From the human T2T-CHM13v2.0 reference genome, Homo sapiens: DNA of 64,000 bases. The DNA lies in assembly GCF_009914755.1 (NCBI RefSeq), contig NC_060930.1. One strand, 5' to 3'. The notes beneath the pieces are model-generated. The model had not been told where the DNA came from. It was given only the letters and a program-made list of their open reading frames with translations, and ran no database searches. Of the stretch, positions 57,658-64,000 are shown piece by piece (positions within the stretch are counted from its first letter, which is position 1; each line of letters begins with the position of its first letter). Both the position numbers and the translations under genes were made by a program.

Positions 57658-58017
57658 TGTCTTGGTCCATTCAGGCTGTAACAAAACACCTTAGACTGGA
57701 TAATCTAGGAACAACAGAAGCTTATTTTTCACATTTCTGAAGGCTGGAAGTCCAAGATCAAAGCACCAGTAGACTCAACGTCTAGTGAAGGCCCCTTCTT
57801 CATAGATGAGCCCTCCTATGTGTCTGCACATGGCTGAAGGGGAAAGCAGCATTTTGGGGCCTCTTATCAGAGCATTAATTAATCCCATTCTCAGGGGTAC
57901 AGCCCTCATGACCTGACCACCTCCCAAAGGCCCCACATTCTAATACCATCTACCTTGGTGATTATGTTCAACATATGAATTTTGGGGCTGGGGAGGACAA
58001 ATATTCAGACCACAGAA
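57658..58017 (-). mobile_element. MaLR LTR (MSTD/MLT1A-like)
   Basis: TGTCTTGGTCCATTCAGGCTG...GGCTGGAAGTCCAAGATCAA...ACCTCCCAAAGGCCCCAC...ATTCAGACCACAG. Confidence 0.85.
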
Positions 58018-58038
58018 ATGGCCAAAACCAAACACCTA

Positions 58039-58149
58039 ATACAGTGTTGAGAAATATTATATTCACAAGATCTCAAAGTATCATTCCATGGATTACTCAT
58101 CACAAAGGAGAAACGATACCTTTATGGTGGAAACATCTGGCAGACTCCA
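58039..58149 (+). repeat. 111-bp copy of 56709-56819
   Basis: 108/111 identical; sits between the MaLR LTR and an L2. Confidence 0.96.
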
Positions 58150-59300
<1,151 letters not shown>

Positions 59301-60569
59301 ATGATAAACCCACACATACAGACCATGGATTAAGAAAATTATCCTGGTGGATTAAGTTTCTTAATAGTCACTTTCTTCTAATATAGAGTACTAAAAGCCA
59401 AATCAGGTTTTAATGGAGAATTAGTCAAAAAGATATCTCAATTCTCAAATCGTATGTAGAAAAGTAAGCCAATGAGTCTTTGGCTGTATTTACACCCAAG
59501 CATTTTCCTATGTAAAACTCAGGTTTTGGCCACAAAAATGTTTTCTCCCTTAGGCTATCTGGGTTGATGGTTAAAGTGACATATGTATGATATTAATGCG
59601 ACCAATAAATAGAAGGAAACACTCCCTCAAATATGTCCAAACGTAGCACATAAACAAAGACTTACGTGCATTTTATAGGACAGAAAAAAACAAACCCACT
59701 TTAGAAACGGAATGACTACTTTACATGTTCCAGTTAGTTCTTTTCCAGATAGCTTAACAGCTGTGCACAAGATCTCAGCAACATCAAACTGCAGCAGACA
59801 GGAGAAAAGCCGGATGATACCAGGTTTACTCACAGTTTTTGTTGTGTCCTTCATAGGCCCTTAAGTCCCACTTATATATAATGGATTGTAAATGGAAGGT
59901 AACAGAAAAAAGACTGTGAGGCTGGTAAAATGGAAAAGAAAAGAAATGGCAACCTGAGGTCAGCTGTGTGTGACCCACATGCAAGACTGAAGTAGAACTT
60001 GCCTCCTTGTGAACGAAACAGGGCAACAAGAGCTCCACTAGCACAGGTCACGCTTTGGTCTCTGCTCACCTGAGGCACTCAATGCCACGAGTCAAGCCAA
60101 CAAACCACTCACAACTCTAATTTTAAGAGAGTCTTTTTCCACTTACTTTTTTGTTGAGGGGAAAAAAACCCCAAACCTGTCAGTTTGCCAATTAGGTTTT
60201 ACAATACCAACATACATTTTAGCAGTTATTTAAGTATATCTGAGAATGGTGGAAATTATTGTTACAAAGTTTGGAAGTATACTTCACTAATAGTATTTAA
60301 TTTCTTTTCTTCTTATTAACAGATCTTAGAGAGAGAGAGCACCAACAATATCAAAGAGATCTTAAAAACAGAATGTTTAAGAGTCACATGCAACACATAA
60401 GCAATTTATTGTCAAGATTTCTTTCAAAAAGAGAAGAAAGGAAAGGCATTTTTAGCAAAACTGTCTTTAAAATTTTCCAAACTTAAAACACTTGTACAGA
60501 AGTTGCTCCATATCATGAAAATGGGAGTTCATACCTTCCTTTATAATCAGGGTACAAATGGTGTGGCCC

Positions 60570-60730
60570 CTGCTGTGTGACCTTGGGCAATGGACTTATC
60601 CTAAGGCTCAGATCTGTAAAATGGTGATAATAATAGTATCAATCTTATAAGGATTATCATGAAGACTAATAAAGATAATGCACATCAAATTCTTAATATG
60701 CCATCTGGAACACGGCAATTAATAAATGGT
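60570..60730 (+). mobile_element. MIR
   Basis: GCTGTGTGACCTTGGGCAA...ATCTGTAAAATGGTGATAATAATAGTA. Confidence 0.8.
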
Positions 60731-63016
60731 TCCTTGGGTTCTTCTATTAAGCTCATACAATAGGTAGAATCACAAACTAATTTTCAAAGAAAAAAATCCA
60801 TTACTCTTATAAATTTTCAAATAAATTAGGAAAATTTTAAACTAATAGCCCAGCACTGGGACCTAGAGGGCCTGCTCTTGCCAGCCGCTGGGAGGCTGGC
60901 TATGGACCTGCCTTCTGCAAGATGAGGGGACGGGGTCAGGACTTCTAGCTCCCTGTACATGTCCAGTTCTCTCTATGGAATGCTCTCTTTTCTCTTTTCT
61001 ACCCTACGCAGACTGCCTCTCCAGTCCTTCAGAAGAGGTGAGAAGCTGTCCTACTATTAGTACTTCCAGATCAGCCTTAACTGTAAGCTAGACATTCTCA
61101 TATATTCTAATCTATCTCCCAAAGGTAATTTCAGAATTGCCCTAAGACGGTTGTGAAGGAATTTTAAAGGAAATAATCCTAATGAATTGCATGCCAACTC
61201 CTCCACTACTGTGACTGCCAGCATTTCTGGCAAATAGTAAATGCTTTGCTGAAAACAAAAGCATACTAAAACAAGCAAACACAAAGAACACAAAGAAGCA
61301 GACACAAAACGTAAGCCTTCACCTTTATAAGGCAAACAAACCTTTATGCACAGTCCTTGCTCAATTCAACTCACTCCCTCGCAATAGGTATGACTCTTTC
61401 TCTGTTGCACAAAGGCAGAGTGCCCGTATAGTTTTCTCTTCTTCAGTACTACCCTTTCCAAGCTTCCTTCTGATACATTTCAGTGTTAGTTTTCATTTTC
61501 TCACCAGTCTCTCTTCTGACTTCTTGGAGTAATGAAAAGTCAAAGGAACCCCTAGAGTCACTGTTGCCATCACTTAACCCAGGACAATTAGGAAAATATA
61601 AGGTATGCCTCAATTACATTTTAGTATCATAAAACTTCTTAGACAGCCTCAGGGTCTTTAAACAGGCTTAACAGAATACCTCGTAACAGTAAGAATTTAA
61701 TAAATATTTTTGTTATTATCATGTGAGCAAGCAAGCACCCTCCTCACCATATAATGTTGCCATACCAGTTAACCGTCAACTGCTGGGTCACAGGCAGGAG
61801 CAGGAGTGCGTCTCTGACCAACAGTACAGAGCTGGTGAGCGGGCCTCCACGGCCTCCTCCACAGCCTTCCTCCCCGGTTTGGCATCAGTTACACAGACTC
61901 GCCTAGGAACGCAGTCTTGCACACATCCTTAGATTGCTTTCTTTCTACCCGGAGGCAAAGGTGACACACTGATGGGGTCTCCCATTGCCCAACTCTCAGG
62001 CCTAGGATTGGCCAACTGCCCTCCCAACAGATTCCAACTGCTCAAGGCTGAGTGCAAGCTGTTCCCTCCGGGGCCACTGACATCACAGTCCGACCGGGGA
62101 ATCCTCGCCACACCGCACCTCACACACCCCTCCCCAGCCAAAGGCTTTCATCTCTGTCAAATCAACACTTCCCACCCCAAATGAGAATCTGACACATTAT
62201 AATCACCTTCACTCCTCCTCCGAGGATCCCACAAACCACAGAAAGACGCACTCGTTTTTCAGGGCTGCATGCTGGGGACACACTGCCAAAACAGCCTGCA
62301 GCCCTTCCAAGATGCTTACCACCCGGGAGAGGGAGAGTGGCCAGCCAGGGCAGGGCTCTGAAGGACGATTGTCCAGGAAAATGGAGTGAATGAGTTCTCT
62401 GTAAAGTCAGGTTTGAAGCTCAGAGTTCCAACTGAACCCAATGAGAAAGTGGGTTGTCTTTTGAGGACGCTTGCTTCTTTCTGTTCAAGAAACCAAATTG
62501 TGTGTGTGTGGCTGTGCACGCACATACACATACACATGTAAATGTTCTGACGTGTCCTTTCACGTCCAGGGTAGCATATATTTCTTCCAGGTTCACTGTT
62601 GCACAGCCAAGCCTCTTCCTCTCTCCCTTTAACCCCAGCAGCATCTAGTCACCTTTCCGGCATTGACTTCCTCACTTGATGTTTCTCTCTGTGTCTCAGT
62701 GATCTTCCCTACCGGCAGATTTACATTTGCAGCTTTCCTCATCAGCCTTTCACTCCCACAGTATGTGTTGTATAATGGCCTTGAGACTGCTTTGTCAAGG
62801 ACACAAAATAATTGCCCTCAGCAGGACCTGAAGGACCTGCTAAACTCCTTTTAACTACTCTGACATGATTGTATCAAGTCAGACAGTGGTATTTTCAAAA
62901 ATTGTTCCTGCACTCTTCCCTCCATTCCTGACTCACAAATAAGCACCAAATTCTTTAAACATATCTGATGTTGGAAGCAAGATTAGCTAAGTCCAGTGGT
63001 CAAAGGTTTAAATATG

Positions 63017-63371
63017 TTACATGGTTTGGCTACGTCCCCACCCAAATCTCAACTTGAATTGTATCTCCCAGAATTCCCAAGTTTGTGGGTGGGACCCAGG
63101 GGGGTGGTAATTGAATCATGGGAGTTGGTCTTTCCCGTGCTACTCTCATGATAGAGAATAAGTCTCATGAAATCTGATGGGTTACCAGGGGTTTCCACTT
63201 TTGCTTCTTCCTCATTTTTCCTTTTGCTGCCACCATGTAAGAAGTGTCTTTCACCTCCTGCCATGATTCTGAGGCCTCCCCAGCCACGTGGAACTGAAAG
63301 TCCAATTAAACCTCTCTTTCTTCCCAGTCTCGGGTATGTCTTTATCAGCAGTGTGAAAATGGACTAATATG
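63017..63371 (+). mobile_element. THE1A-like solo LTR
   Basis: ATGGTTTGGCTACGTCCCCACCCAAATCTCAACTTGAATTGTATCTCCCAGAATTCCC...AAAATGGACTAAT; 5-bp TSD ATATG. Confidence 0.93.
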
Positions 63372-64000
63372 ATATGACTGAAGTATTTTTTTCTCTAGCT
63401 ACCCAAATATAACAATTACATTTTTTACAGTTTTATATTACACATAATTTGCTAACATTTATTCAGTGCCTGCTGTGTACTATGCCGTGTTTTATGTGAC
63501 TTAGCAGCATTGTAATATGAAATACTTATACCAGCCCTATGAGGTAGAGAAATGAAAGAATTGGTAGACTCCCATACTTTTAAGATCCAATTGCCCTGTC
63601 CTTTAAATTCCTTTCACAAGAGTAATTATTTTCAAGATTTCCTAATCTTTAGATGCCACAGCCCCCTGAAGTTTTCGTGTTAAGAACTTGCTAACAGGTA
63701 ACTACTTAGTGTTTCTCGAAATTCACATAGATTAGTCAGGGAGGTTCTCTTCTGCTTTCTGAAGTTTTCATTTATTTGCTCTTGGGTACATTAAAGAATC
63801 ATTAGGGTCCCTCATACATATCTAATTAATTAATTATAGTTTATAATTACATAGCCTCCTCTCAAAGTCCCTAAAAATATAAAGAGTCGCATAACAGAAG
63901 AGCCTCATCTACCACCGCAACATCTCATCCCACCCTGCCCTGTTGGCCGTAATTATTGTTCTATGCCAGATGACAAAGAGCCATGGGAAAAATCCTTTTT

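Overview
Primate (very likely human) genomic DNA from inside the long 5' intron region of PDE10A (phosphodiesterase 10A), which is transcribed on the minus strand. Two coding exons are recognisable. One is the shared 129-bp exon (5488-5616, [42 protein letters not shown]). The other is the alternative exon carrying the PDE10A1 start (MRIEERKSQHLTG, 38453-38489), which the ORF track misses. The rest is intron filled with Alu, L1, L2, MIR, MaLR/ERV LTR and DNA-transposon remnants; nearly all other ORFs in the track are repeat-derived or chance. I see no new gene or self-contained novel system. Points worth follow-up: (i) the PDE10A1 exon appears to be exonised from an antisense L2 reverse-transcriptase segment, and its start codon overlaps the stop of the upstream frame (ATGA); (ii) five short direct duplications copied over 0.1-2 kb, some with repair-like junction scars; (iii) a 31-bp minisatellite in which every unit carries a GTAAGT donor motif; (iv) a candidate recursive splice site. 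Repeat subfamily names are from recalled consensus sequences, and boundaries without stated TSD/TIR evidence are approximate.
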